Assembly (NCBI GenBank): GCA_963662585.1
Contig: OY759729.1
Span: 2,720,001 to 2,784,000, forward strand
DNA from: Candidatus Cloacimonadales bacterium
Lineage (GTDB): Bacteria > Cloacimonadota > Cloacimonadia > Cloacimonadales > JAFGVF01
Direction of reading: 5' to 3'
DNA length: 64,000 nt
Shown: piece by piece, positions 29,944 to 40,400 of the stretch
Layout of the letters: every line of letters begins with the position of its first letter
Position numbering within the stretch: the first letter of the stretch is position 1
Notes under the pieces: generated by a model
Told to the model about the DNA's origin: nothing
What the model saw: only the letters and a program-made list of their open reading frames with translations
Database searches by the model: none
Position numbers and translations under genes: made by a program

Positions 29944-32637
29944 TTATTTAAGATTGATAAATTTCAAAACCTGAGAATCATAATTTGATTTTACTTTTAC
30001 TAGATATACCCCTGAAGATAAGTCTGAAATACCATTCCAAGTTAGTTGGTGAGGTCCAGCTTCAAGAGCTTGATTCTTAGATACTTGAGCAACTTTTTGA
30101 CCTTTAATATTATAAACATCAATAGTTATCTCAGATTTTTTGGTTAAATCAAAGCTAATATGAGCACTACCCCTACTTAGAGTTGAGTTAAGTGGATTTG
30201 GATAAATAGTAAGATTCTCCATTACACTGTTAGAATCAATAACATCATTACTATTAGGAGTACCTACAGCGAGATCTACTTGTAAAACAGAATTTGCTTG
30301 AATTTCAGCTTTCACATAGACGATTAACTTATCTTCAAGTTCTGCTACTTGGACAAGATTCCCATTAGTTACTGATATTTCTCCGTGATCTGGATTATTC
30401 ATTTCAAATTTAATTAGCAAATCATCAAAGGCAATATTATGCATATTTACTATTTCAGCACTATTTTCATAGACAGTTCCATTATTAGGGAATTCATAAT
30501 TTATTTGAAAATTCTGTCCTGAAGAACCTGCTGATACAGAAGCTAAGGGTTGAAGAACTCCATTGCTTACCTTGATTACTCTATACTTTCTATTTCCATC
30601 ACAAGTAGAACCTGTTTGTAAATCATAAGGAGCTTGATTTATATTACCTTGATCATAATGAATATGACCACTAAGTGCCATATCAACACCTAAATTATTT
30701 AGATTAATTTGATCAGAAAAATCAAAGTGATAGAAAAGGACTTTAGTCTCTTCTTCCGTAGCAACTTCAGAATTAAGCCAATTCATTTGATTATTCGTAA
30801 AACTTTCGTCCCCAAATATACTTGGTAAGTAATCATCATAATTAATATAGCTTTCCATTCCGATAAACTTAACTCCAGCATAATCAAATGAGTAGTTCTG
30901 AGTTCTGTAAGGATAGACACCATTCGGATTCTCTAAGATATCCCAACCAAAGAATTTATACCAATTACTTCGGGAATTTCCATCAGGCATTGGAGTTCCC
31001 TGCCAACCACCAATATCGTGGTTACCTGAAACTAAATATACTGGTGTCTCTAACATGCCTAAGAGGTTTTTGGCAATTGAATAATAGCGAGCATCTAAGT
31101 ACTCTTCTAACTCACCTTCGTTAACAATATCTCCAGTAAATAAGACAAACTTAGGATTCAAAACATTTATATCTTCAATTACTGTAAGAAAATCTTCTAC
31201 TTCAGTCATATCATTATAGTAGTTATTCTCATGAGAAAATAGGTGGGTTGGAAGGTGGGTATCTGTTACATGAATGAAATACCAATCATCTGATGTGTTA
31301 GCTTCAATTTTAACAGCATTTTTTACTTCATCTACTTCAAGAGTAGGAGCATCAACTATTAAATCAAATAACTCATAGAAAGGTAGAAGTGGTGTTTCTA
31401 CAGTAATTATATGTTCCTCTCTAACTGAATCATAATAGGTGCTAACAATATCTAATTCCTGCTGGAAATCTTCATATCGGATAGATATTTCCCAACCAGT
31501 TGTATTAGATGGGGCAGATGCCCAAATTTCGAAGGTTTCGTTAGGATGAGTAATGGTAGGAATAGAAAGTATAGGTCTTTGAACTGTAGTTAAAATATCA
31601 CCTTGCTCTGTTGAAGCAATAGAAATGTTTAAATCTCCAAAACTAAATGATTCTACAGCTTCATCATTCACGGAACATTCGAAAGCAAAGAAACTTGTAT
31701 TGCCCATACCTATTGGATTAAATGATAGATTAAATAAAGTTGAAGCTGAATTAGAAACAGCACTTCCTGAGTAGTCCACTGTAATTGTATTAGAAGTATA
31801 AGAAGATGTGCAATTCGATAAAATCGCAGAGTTATAATCTAATCCTGTGAATTCAACCATATTATTATTATATGATAATTCAATATGGAAAGAGTTAATC
31901 TCTAAACTATCTTGATTAAAGATCTTTAAAGGAACATAAAACTCCTCTGCTTGGTTAATAAAGAGTTCTTCTGTGGCAATAGTAATGGGCATATCTCCGA
32001 CTGTAACATCATTTATGCTTCTAGGATTTAAATAAAATTCACCGTAAGAGTAACTTACTACTCCAGTAATGGAACTTAGAACACTGCCTTCTATAGCATC
32101 AAAATTCTGACTCATTAAGCTGATACAGCCAGTTCCAATTCTAGCACTTCCTGTTCCATCATTTATCTTTAAATTTCCATATTGATCATAAGTTTCTACT
32201 ATTGCAGCATTATGAATAGTTACCAAAACTCCTTCATAAGCTTCCATACTATTTAATTGACCTGTAGTGATATTAGTTGGTTGAATAACATTCCCACTAG
32301 ATAAGACATTAACATTGCTAACACTTTTTATCTCTGTTAAACCATAATATTCATAGACTTCACCACTTACTGACACTTCATCACCAATATTTAAGGAATA
32401 GTTATGATAAATATAAACTCCTTTCCAAGCACCACCTTCGGGCATACTGATAAAAAAGCGTTCATTACTATAATTATTAGCTGTTACTATTCCAGTAACT
32501 GTAACATCATCCCCTTCATAAGGTGAGGGATAAGTACTATCTTGACCAGGATTTGTAGTGTGCTGTATATCATATATTGTTAATCCATAAATATTTGAGG
32601 ATATTAATAAAACGAGTAGCATTATTATTCTATACAT
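29944..32637 (-). CDS. secreted metallophosphoesterase with OB-fold-like and cohesin-like domains and an FlgD/T9SS-like CTD
   Basis: TIYDIQ..SPYEG..V.VTGIVTA N-terminus; D.H (TDTH), TGDIV, GNHD, SGHIH; YPNP..VYNIKGQ; start moved to ATG 32637. Confidence 0.8.
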   Translation of the reverse strand: MYRIIMLLVLLISSNIYGLTIYDIQHTTNPGQDSTYPSPYEGDDVTVTGIVTANNYSNERFFISMPEGGAWKGVYIYHNYSLNIGDEVSVSGEVYEYYGLTEIKSVSNVNVLSSGNVIQPTNITTGQLNSMEAYEGVLVTIHNAAIVETYDQYGNLKINDGTGSARIGTGCISLMSQNFDAIEGSVLSSITGVVSYSYGEFYLNPRSINDVTVGDMPITIATEELFINQAEEFYVPLKIFNQDSLEINSFHIELSYNNNMVEFTGLDYNSAILSNCTSSYTSNTITVDYSGSAVSNSASTLFNLSFNPIGMGNTSFFAFECSVNDEAVESFSFGDLNISIASTEQGDILTTVQRPILSIPTITHPNETFEIWASAPSNTTGWEISIRYEDFQQELDIVSTYYDSVREEHIITVETPLLPFYELFDLIVDAPTLEVDEVKNAVKIEANTSDDWYFIHVTDTHLPTHLFSHENNYYNDMTEVEDFLTVIEDINVLNPKFVLFTGDIVNEGELEEYLDARYYSIAKNLLGMLETPVYLVSGNHDIGGWQGTPMPDGNSRSNWYKFFGWDILENPNGVYPYRTQNYSFDYAGVKFIGMESYINYDDYLPSIFGDESFTNNQMNWLNSEVATEEETKVLFYHFDFSDQINLNNLGVDMALSGHIHYDQGNINQAPYDLQTGSTCDGNRKYRVIKVSNGVLQPLASVSAGSSGQNFQINYEFPNNGTVYENSAEIVNMHNIAFDDLLIKFEMNNPDHGEISVTNGNLVQVAELEDKLIVYVKAEIQANSVLQVDLAVGTPNSNDVIDSNSVMENLTIYPNPLNSTLSRGSAHISFDLTKKSEITIDVYNIKGQKVAQVSKNQALEAGPHQLTWNGISDLSSGVYLVKVKSNYDSQVLKFINLK

Positions 32638-32744
32638 AAGATTCTCCGATTTTTTTTTCATTAAATATCTAATAGCAAAATTGGTCAATGATTTTTATCT
32701 TATCTACATTTTAGAATCACTAAAATACACTTGAAAGGACTCAG

Positions 32745-32826
32745 CACTGGGATTGCCTGCATCTTGCTTGCGACAGACTATACTCAGCCTGTTTATTAAA
32801 AGGGCGTATGGCAATACGCCCCGACA
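32745..32826. repeat. two REP-like hairpins
   Basis: CTGGGATTGCCTGCATCTTGCTTGC (related to 44996-45020) and GGGCGTATGGCAATACGCCCCGAC (related to GTAGGGGCGAATCATCATTCGCCC at 44819-44842). Confidence 0.6.
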
Positions 32827-32856
32827 GTTGATAAATCTTCAAATCCATTACGAAAA

Positions 32857-33753
32857 TTAAAACTTCTTCTTATAAGAGTGACAATAGGGGAGACTACCCT
32901 TGTTTTGATAATAGTCTTGATGATAGTTTTCTGCTTGATAAAAAGCTTCAGCATTTTCTAACTTAGTAACTACAGCATAACCTTTATCTTTTAAGGTAGA
33001 AATTAGTTTTTCAGCTATATTCTTTTCCTTTTCTGAAGAGTAGAAAATAACAGAACTATATTGTTCTCCTATGTCAGGTCCTTGACGGTTTAACTGGCCT
33101 GGGTCATGTATTTCAAAGAAATATTTAGTAAGTTCTTCATAAGTAATTTTGTTAGGGTCATAGATTACCTCGGTAGTTTCAATATGGCCAGTTCCGCCTT
33201 TTACCACTTCATAATAGCCGGGATTAACAACATTCCCTCCCATAAAACCTACACTTGTAGAAATTACTCCCTCAAGTTTTTGGAAATAATATTCTACACC
33301 CCAAAAACAGCCACCAGCATAATAGGCTTTAGCTTCTGTAACTCTTTCTTGAAAGTTCAAGGAAATAGAATTCACACAATGGCGAATGTTCTTATCAGTA
33401 AATCCCTCTCCCTCAAAAACATGACCAAGATGTCCACCACAATTAGCACAGACTATCTCAGTTCTAATCCCATCAGCATCAGGCACTTCTTTTACTCTTC
33501 CTTCGATTGCATCATCAAAACTTGGCCAACCACAAGAAGAATGAAATTTATCTGCAGAATCAAATAACTCACTTCCACACTTCTTACAATGATATGTCCC
33601 ATCTTTAAAATGCTCTACGAACTCACCAGTAAAGGGAGCTTCTGTCCCTTTTTGCTCTATAACATACTTTTCCATCTTAGTCAATTTATTATCTTTACTG
33701 TACATAATTATTGCTCCTATCATAATGAGTAATATTAAAAAAGCTCTTTTCAT
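32857..33753 (-). CDS. msrAB: bifunctional methionine sulfoxide reductase MsrB-MsrA, N-terminally anchored
   Basis: MsrB: GTE.PF, CGWPSF, HLGHVF, RHCVNS; MsrA: GGCFWG, QGPDIGEQY, AE.YHQDYY. Confidence 0.93.
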   Translation of the reverse strand: MKRAFLILLIMIGAIIMYSKDNKLTKMEKYVIEQKGTEAPFTGEFVEHFKDGTYHCKKCGSELFDSADKFHSSCGWPSFDDAIEGRVKEVPDADGIRTEIVCANCGGHLGHVFEGEGFTDKNIRHCVNSISLNFQERVTEAKAYYAGGCFWGVEYYFQKLEGVISTSVGFMGGNVVNPGYYEVVKGGTGHIETTEVIYDPNKITYEELTKYFFEIHDPGQLNRQGPDIGEQYSSVIFYSSEKEKNIAEKLISTLKDKGYAVVTKLENAEAFYQAENYHQDYYQNKGSLPYCHSYKKKF

Positions 33754-33892
33754 AATTACCTCACTTTTTATTAAATAATATATTGTAATAATTATAAAAT
33801 GCCAATTATATGAATTGAGGAGTAAATATTTAGAAAATTTAGCAGAGAAATAGCTTTTGTTTAAGACTAATGGAGCTATGAATATTTTAATT

Positions 33893-34008
33893 ATCCCTAA
33901 AGGGGATTGAATAGGGTAGCCCAGGGTCTCATTCTAAGAACATTAGCGAATTAGAATTGACCCTGGTAAAAATCACCTTAAAACCCTAATCCTGTAGGGG
34001 TTTAATAG
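33893..34008 (+). repeat. solo REP-like unit of the family flanking the Y1 transposase
   Basis: ATCCCTAAAGGGGAT..TAGCCCAGGGTC..GACCCTGG..TCCTGTAGGGGTTTAATAG; same layout as 61416-61520. Confidence 0.7.
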
Positions 34009-34122
34009 AAAGAACTGAAAATAAATTAGTATTATTTGAGGCATAAATTATTGATAATTTAAAACTTACCAGTAATATTCGCCCTATTTTTACCTTCAGA
34101 CTTAAACATGAGCCTAAAGTAC

Positions 34123-34833
34123 TTATTCCTTCAAATGTGTATTCAATTCTTCTACCAATACATCAACGCTTGTAGATGGATTAGAATTATATACGACTTT
34201 CCTATTGGCTAACTTTCTAAGCTTTTTAGCATTTTTCATTGCAAAATCTTGTCCTTGCTTATTATTAGTTTTCCTTCCTAATTCTTGGAGAACATCATAG
34301 ATTTTAGGATCATTCTTCTTATATTCTTTTCCCAGTCGTTTTGTAAGTAAATTTTTAAATTCAGTTCTTGAGATGCCTCTATTCCAGTATTCAAAATGGA
34401 GAAGATACCAAAGCTCAAAGGCTTCATTAGAATAAGCAATATTAATAGTAATCTTTGAACTTTTATTTAGTTGATTTTTATATTTTTTATTTAATTTCTT
34501 TTCAATACTTTCATACTTCAGAAAACATTCATTATAATATTCTTGAGGAAAGCTGTCTTTATCCATAACTATCCAAAGACTCTCATAGATTTCATTATAT
34601 TTCGCTTTTTCTTCCCATAGTCTAATAGCTTCATTTAATAATGTTTTTGTATTCTTGCCCTCACCCTGAATAAGTACTTCAACACCAATAGGTGAAAAGG
34701 ATTTAAAATAATTTGGTTCTGTTTTTTCGCCTTCGCAAACAATCATCATGCTTTTAGACATTTTAACTTTCTTTTTATCATTATTTCTGGTTAGTGTTTG
34801 TTTCTTCCTTTTGAATAAATCATCTGTTCCCAT
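34123..34833 (-). CDS. rloB: RloB family protein
   Basis: IVCEGEKTEPNYF, W.V.D.D, AYSNEAFELWYLLHF, NPST.V..LV. Confidence 0.88.
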   Translation of the reverse strand: MGTDDLFKRKKQTLTRNNDKKKVKMSKSMMIVCEGEKTEPNYFKSFSPIGVEVLIQGEGKNTKTLLNEAIRLWEEKAKYNEIYESLWIVMDKDSFPQEYYNECFLKYESIEKKLNKKYKNQLNKSSKITINIAYSNEAFELWYLLHFEYWNRGISRTEFKNLLTKRLGKEYKKNDPKIYDVLQELGRKTNNKQGQDFAMKNAKKLRKLANRKVVYNSNPSTSVDVLVEELNTHLKE

Positions 34834-34835
34834 GA

Positions 34836-36101
34836 CTATTCCTCTTCAAAGATTGATTCAATATTACCAATGTATGGAAGGCCCCCTAACTTACCTAAAA
34901 GATAATCTTTACTAAATATAGCATCTTTTCTGTAATTTTCGATATCACTCAATGAGTATAATGATGATGAACCAGCTTTAGATTTATCTACAATATAAAT
35001 CTGATCCCTGCGAAGTATGTTATTATTCAACAGAATAGTGTTATGAACTGTGCAAATTAATTGGGCATTGCTTGTATTTAATTTAGAATTAAAGATCTTT
35101 ATAATTGTAGTAACTAACATAGGGTGCAATCTAGCATCTAGTTCATCAATTATTAAAACTTGTGAATTTTCAATAGCTTGTAAGATTGGACCAAGGATAG
35201 AGAAGAATTTTTGAGTACCCTGTGATTCTTCGTTTTTAAAATCAAATTCTATCTTATCTAATAACAGTTCTTTCCCATTATATTGGTCATGAATTGTCTT
35301 TAATTTAATTCTATTTCCATATAACTCCTTTTCTTTATCGCTAAAAATATTATCTTCTTTGATTTCATTAAAATCTACGATTCCGATATCCGCAATCTTT
35401 AGTATTTTAATTAATTTATTCTTAAATTTAACATCATTACACATTCTACTAGAGATTGGCCAAAAATCAATGTCTTTAATAACAGTAACATCCTGTAATT
35501 TAACAAGCCAATCTACTAACATATTAGTGATTTTATCTTTATCTCCTTTAATTTCTTTCATTAAGCTTACGAATAAAGACTCAGTGTTAATTTCACCGAT
35601 TGCTTTATATACTTTTTTCCCATCCCCAAATTTTGTCCCAAAATTAAAAATATCTTCTTTGCGGGTAAAGAGCATTGATTCTTGAGCTGTAAATCTTCCA
35701 AATAGCCACTCGGAAACAATTTTACCCTCTTTAATTTGGAACCCGTATCTTAATTCTATAAATTTTTGTTTAGAAATTCTAGTGAGGTTATTAGCCATAA
35801 AAGTAATTTCGAAAGTTGTTGGTTCATTTTTATTGGCAATGTCTAATTTATAGTAGTAATTTTCTGGAATAGTTCCATAAGCAAGTACCTTCTTTCTGAT
35901 AAAGAACAAAGCTTTTAGAAGATTACTCTTACCGCTTGCATTAGCTCCATAGATAGCTACACTTTTCAAAATATTAGTTTTGTTAATTTCCGTAATTGCA
36001 CCATCAAGATCATCTTTATTTTTTTTTGTTGATGCTAACATACTAAAAGTCGTCTTTTCTTTAAAGGACATGAAGTTTTCAACACTAAATTCTAATAACA
36101 T
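34836..36101 (-). CDS. AAA_21/RloA-like ABC-type ATPase
   Basis: MLLEFSVENFMSFK, IYGANASGKSN, ESQGTQK, IIDELDARLHP, QLICTVHN, LRRDQI, YL.G..GG.P. Confidence 0.88.
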   Translation of the reverse strand: MLLEFSVENFMSFKEKTTFSMLASTKKNKDDLDGAITEINKTNILKSVAIYGANASGKSNLLKALFFIRKKVLAYGTIPENYYYKLDIANKNEPTTFEITFMANNLTRISKQKFIELRYGFQIKEGKIVSEWLFGRFTAQESMLFTRKEDIFNFGTKFGDGKKVYKAIGEINTESLFVSLMKEIKGDKDKITNMLVDWLVKLQDVTVIKDIDFWPISSRMCNDVKFKNKLIKILKIADIGIVDFNEIKEDNIFSDKEKELYGNRIKLKTIHDQYNGKELLLDKIEFDFKNEESQGTQKFFSILGPILQAIENSQVLIIDELDARLHPMLVTTIIKIFNSKLNTSNAQLICTVHNTILLNNNILRRDQIYIVDKSKAGSSSLYSLSDIENYRKDAIFSKDYLLGKLGGLPYIGNIESIFEEE

Positions 36102-36497
36102 CTCTACTCCTTCTAATCTCTACTTATGTAATAATAATAAAATATAAAATATAGTCAAGATATTTGTTATTTTTTTTTAAATTTTACCAGAATAATTAAT
36201 ATTATTAGGATATATGAAATTCTACTATCTCATAGTATAAATGTATTGAGGGATTTTTGAAATTTAAAAACTACTTCTTTATAATTCCTTATTGTGGATA
36301 AATTCGTCATATTACAGTGAATTGTTATAAATTACTAATGATTTTTTTTTATAGGGAACCCACAAGGCATCTTAAAATATCATTTGCTTTTAATCAACAA
36401 TTAAATATAATTTATATAGCTAATGCTACAATAATGATTTATTAAAATGATAATAGATAAACTAAAAAAATACTAAGTTAAAATAAATGGAGGCAAA

Positions 36498-37076
36498 ATG
36501 ACAAGATGGCATAAGGGTATAGATGGGATTTCTTCTGTTACAAAAGAAGCTCAACATTCTATAGAAGATTTCTTTAAAATTAAGAATTACCAACCAAAGA
36601 CTGATGAAGAGAAGCAAATATTTGAAGAATTCTCATTAATTACTAGCAGTATGGCAATCTTAATTTATGTTGCGAATGCTGATAGAGTTATTAATCCTGA
36701 TGAGAAAAATCAGATAATATCTGATATAATCTTCCAAATGGAGCAAAGACCTTACGAATTCATCAAGCTTTCTGAGAAATTTGGTAAGAATGAGAAAGAG
36801 ATTATCTTAAATATTTATGATAAAATGTTAAAAGATTACCAAACAAGTAGCCTAAATTTAGATAAAATTATTAATGACCTCTGCGTTTATTATCGTAATA
36901 ATACAGAGAAGCGCTTATATCTGATTCGCCTATGTTACTATTGTGCACTATCTGATAATGTTTTTGATGAAGCTGAAAAGAAGGCGATACAAATTATAGC
37001 TGAGAAAATGGAAGTACCAAGTGCAGACTTAAAAAGAATAGAAGAGGAAGTTAAAGAAGAAATTGCAGGGAAATAA
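36498..37076 (+). CDS. TerB-like (tellurite-resistance fold) protein
   Basis: VA.AD..I...EK and A.SD..FD.AEK..I..IA..M repeats. Confidence 0.75.
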   Translation: MTRWHKGIDGISSVTKEAQHSIEDFFKIKNYQPKTDEEKQIFEEFSLITSSMAILIYVANADRVINPDEKNQIISDIIFQMEQRPYEFIKLSEKFGKNEKEIILNIYDKMLKDYQTSSLNLDKIINDLCVYYRNNTEKRLYLIRLCYYCALSDNVFDEAEKKAIQIIAEKMEVPSADLKRIEEEVKEEIAGK

Positions 37077-37113
37077 ACTCTAATACCTATTTAATCATAC
37101 AATAACCAAATTA

Positions 37114-37150
37114 TAAGCCTAAGTGTTATTAATAGCACTTAGGCTTTATC
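37114..37150. terminator. hairpin/terminator after the TerB-like gene
   Basis: AAGCCTAAGTGTTATT-AATAGCACTTAGGCTT inverted repeat. Confidence 0.55.
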
Positions 37151-37261
37151 CTATTTTTTTCCCTGTTAAAGCCCTAGGAGCTAGTAGATTCTAATGAAGA
37201 ACACAGCTTCTTCTAGCTTAACAAGTTAGATATTTTCTGCACAAAATCTATTCAAAATTAT

Positions 37262-37449
37262 GGTTCTCTCTCAAGTAGAGTGGGAACTAAATTTAATAGT
37301 AAATCAAGAAGCTTCAAAATCTTCATAGCTGCCTCTGCAGCTGGTAGAATGGTGCATTTTTATAGTCCTGTATCTGTTGTGAACCTAGCATACTTCAAAG
37401 ATACTTTTATTACTTTTTTTCTAAGACCCACTTTACTTGAAAGAGAGCC
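37262..37449. mobile_element. MITE, 188 bp, second (internally shorter) copy with an 8-bp target duplication AAAATTAT
   Basis: Same TIRs as 20087-20311; AAAATTAT at 37254-37261 and 37450-37457. Confidence 0.88.
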
Positions 37450-37465
37450 AAAATTATCTGCAGAA

Positions 37466-40400
37466 TTACTTACTAAATTTCCAGATCAAATCAACTCCTG
37501 TAGCATTTTCTCCACCTTGGGTTCCTTGAAGGTAGAGTTGTGGTATTATCTCATATTCAAGTGTAATTTTCTCTGGAATTACTTCATTATCACTACCAAA
37601 AGAAAGTTCTCTCTCATAGCTTAGGAAAAGGTCATTAGTAAGGTATTTTCCTACAAGAACCTGAGCTTGTCTCCAGTTAGCATCACTCTTAAACTCAATA
37701 ACATCAAGGTTTAAGCGATTCTGTAATAAACTAGTAACCCGGGAAGCTATTTGATTAACTAAAATCTGGGTAGCTAAATTATCTTCTCCTGAACTATCCA
37801 TCTGACTTCTCTCTCCAGAAGATAGTTCTGCAGTGCTTTTTCCAAAGACAATATAAGAGACTCCGTCACCTTCTGATATTGGCTCATCATCTAAGAAGAA
37901 TTGGATAAGAGGTTGCTGTAATCTTCCTGTAATATGAATAGAGAGAGTTACTTTCTCTTGTGAAGAACTTCTTAAAATGTAGTCAGCTATTATGGAAATT
38001 TCAGGATTCATGTCACTTTCCCCTTGGAAATAGACATTACCTTTTGTGATGATAAACCTTCGTCCATAAACAGTATAGTTTCCTCGAAGCACCATCACAT
38101 TCCCGGATAGAGTAAAATCAGGACTATTCTTAATAATTTCCAGTTCACCCCCTAGTTCTACATTCATTTCTTTAGATTTAATCCAAGTGTTATGTGGGAA
38201 GGATAGCTTTAATCTTCCTCTTAGATTTTTCATAAGTTGGGAAGGTTTTTTCTCTAATTTAGCTTCAGTATTTTCAGGTAAATCACTACTTGGGGAGTTG
38301 GCTAAAAGTAGAGGAGTGGATAATATCACTTTTTTCTTCTCTTTTCCTAATAAAGCAGGAAGGTATAACTTGGCTCTTAAAACATTAAGGTAACCAGAGA
38401 AAGTTGGATTTGTGCTATTTCCCGCAATCTCAATTTTAGAATCAAGCATTAAGTCCATATCACTATTTTTCATAGCCTGCCAGTTTTTAGCTTCTAAAAA
38501 GAATCTGAGAGAGTCTAATCTCGCATCTTTAAGGTTTAGAATCGTAGAAGCATTGGCTTGTAAATAACCTTTTTTACCCGAAGGAAGAGAGAATTTTTTT
38601 AACTCTAACTTGTTATTGTGGGCTTGGAAATCAAGGTTAATATTCCGATAATCAATTCCTAGACTAGGAAGCTTAAAGGCTACATCTTCAACCAGAAGTT
38701 TGGCATTGATAAGTGGCTTATTAAAGGTATTTTCTAGTGTAGCAGAAAGATTGAAATTACCTTTAACATCTTTAACAGCATCAGTATAATCATTAAGTTC
38801 ATTTAAATCAATAGGTGATATCTTTAGATTAAGATTCAATTGCTCATCTTTAAGGAATTTAAATTCTTTAGTAGAAATATCGGCGTGGAAAGGTAGAAAT
38901 CCTGTTAAGGATATAGACTCTTCTTTAGCTCTATTAACCTTTAAATCAAGTTGAGCAAGATTATCTTGATAATCAACATTACCTGTAATCTTCTTAATTT
39001 CTATTTCTTTCAAGGAAAGATTATCAAGTCTCCAAGCAAGAGATAGTTTAGGATTCTTTATATCTCCTTTACCTGCGATATTCAAGCTTAGTTTTCCCTT
39101 TATTGTGGCAAGGTCGGAGTTAAGATAAGACAAAGGCCACAGTGCCAAAGAATCGCATTTAACAAGGATATCATAAGACTCTTGGGAATCTAAAGTAAAA
39201 TTAGCAATAATAGTTTGGGTGTCAGAAACTAACTCTAAGTTTTCGAGAGAGAATTGATTAGGATCAAAATTAACTTTAAGAGTGTCAGGTCTATTATACC
39301 AATTCTGTCCCAGGGCATTAATCTCCAGCTTAGAGAAATTAGCTAATTTCTGAATAGGGAAAACATCTCCTCTTAAGCCTATATCCAATGTATCAGATTG
39401 AATAAGATTTAAATCAAGGAATAGCTTGTCTTGGGTATATTTAACATCAATCCAAGTTGAATCTATAGGTAAGTTGGGAAGCTCTATTTTGGTGAGTGAA
39501 CCTGTAAAATCAACTTCAGGTATTTTATCTTTTAGCTTAACTACTGAATTTCCTATAAGAGAAGCAAGCTGGTAATCCTGATACTTTATGTCTTGCAAAT
39601 CTATTGTTGTACTTGCTATTAAATCTTCTACACTACCTGATGCTCTTCCTGAAATTCTACCTTTTAAAGCTAAGTCAGCTTGAAGCTCTTGCACAAACTG
39701 AGGCAGAGAATTTAACTGAAGATTATAGGAAATATTATGATCCCCGTAAATATTACCTTGTCCTTGAGCAGTGATTTCTAAACCATCATAATCTAGCTCC
39801 ATCTCGTTTAGATTATAATTCCCCTGTTGATAATTTCCTGTTAACTTAAGCTTCTCAATAGTTTTATTAGCAAAGGATGAGCTTGCAAAATTAAAGTTGA
39901 AATCAGAATTAATTTCTTTAGGGTCAAGTCCCTTACCTTTTAAATCAAACTGGGTATTTATTTTGGCTTGATAAGGCCAAGTAGGAATAATTTTCAAGAT
40001 ATCTAAATCCCTAAAAGAACCAGATATAGCATAGCCTACTTCATCTAAAAGATTAACTAAATCTGCAGTAACATTTATCTCTCCAAATTCACTTTCAGCT
40101 TGTAAAGAATTATTAAGTTGAGCTGGGGAACCTTTGCTGTCTAGCCTAAAAGTGTAAATTTTGTAAGTGTTAAAAGAAGACTTATCAAGTTGCAGGCTTA
40201 GGTCTGCTTCAACTTCAGGCCAAGAGTCCCCTTGGATAGAAGCTATAAGATTACCCGTAAGCTTTGATTGAGGAAGGTCACTTTTCCAACTATTACTATT
40301 AATATTTTCCCAAGATAAGTCTAGCAAGGCAGTGAAAGGGTTTTGCAGATCTGGTAATTGAGCATTTAAGATTACTTGTTCATCAGCAAGATTAACTGTG

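Noticed and set aside
37280..37624. ORFs 37280-37624, 20059-20253, 6278-6520 and 44730-44924
   Set aside because: They arise from MITE or REP sequence, with no RBS or protein features
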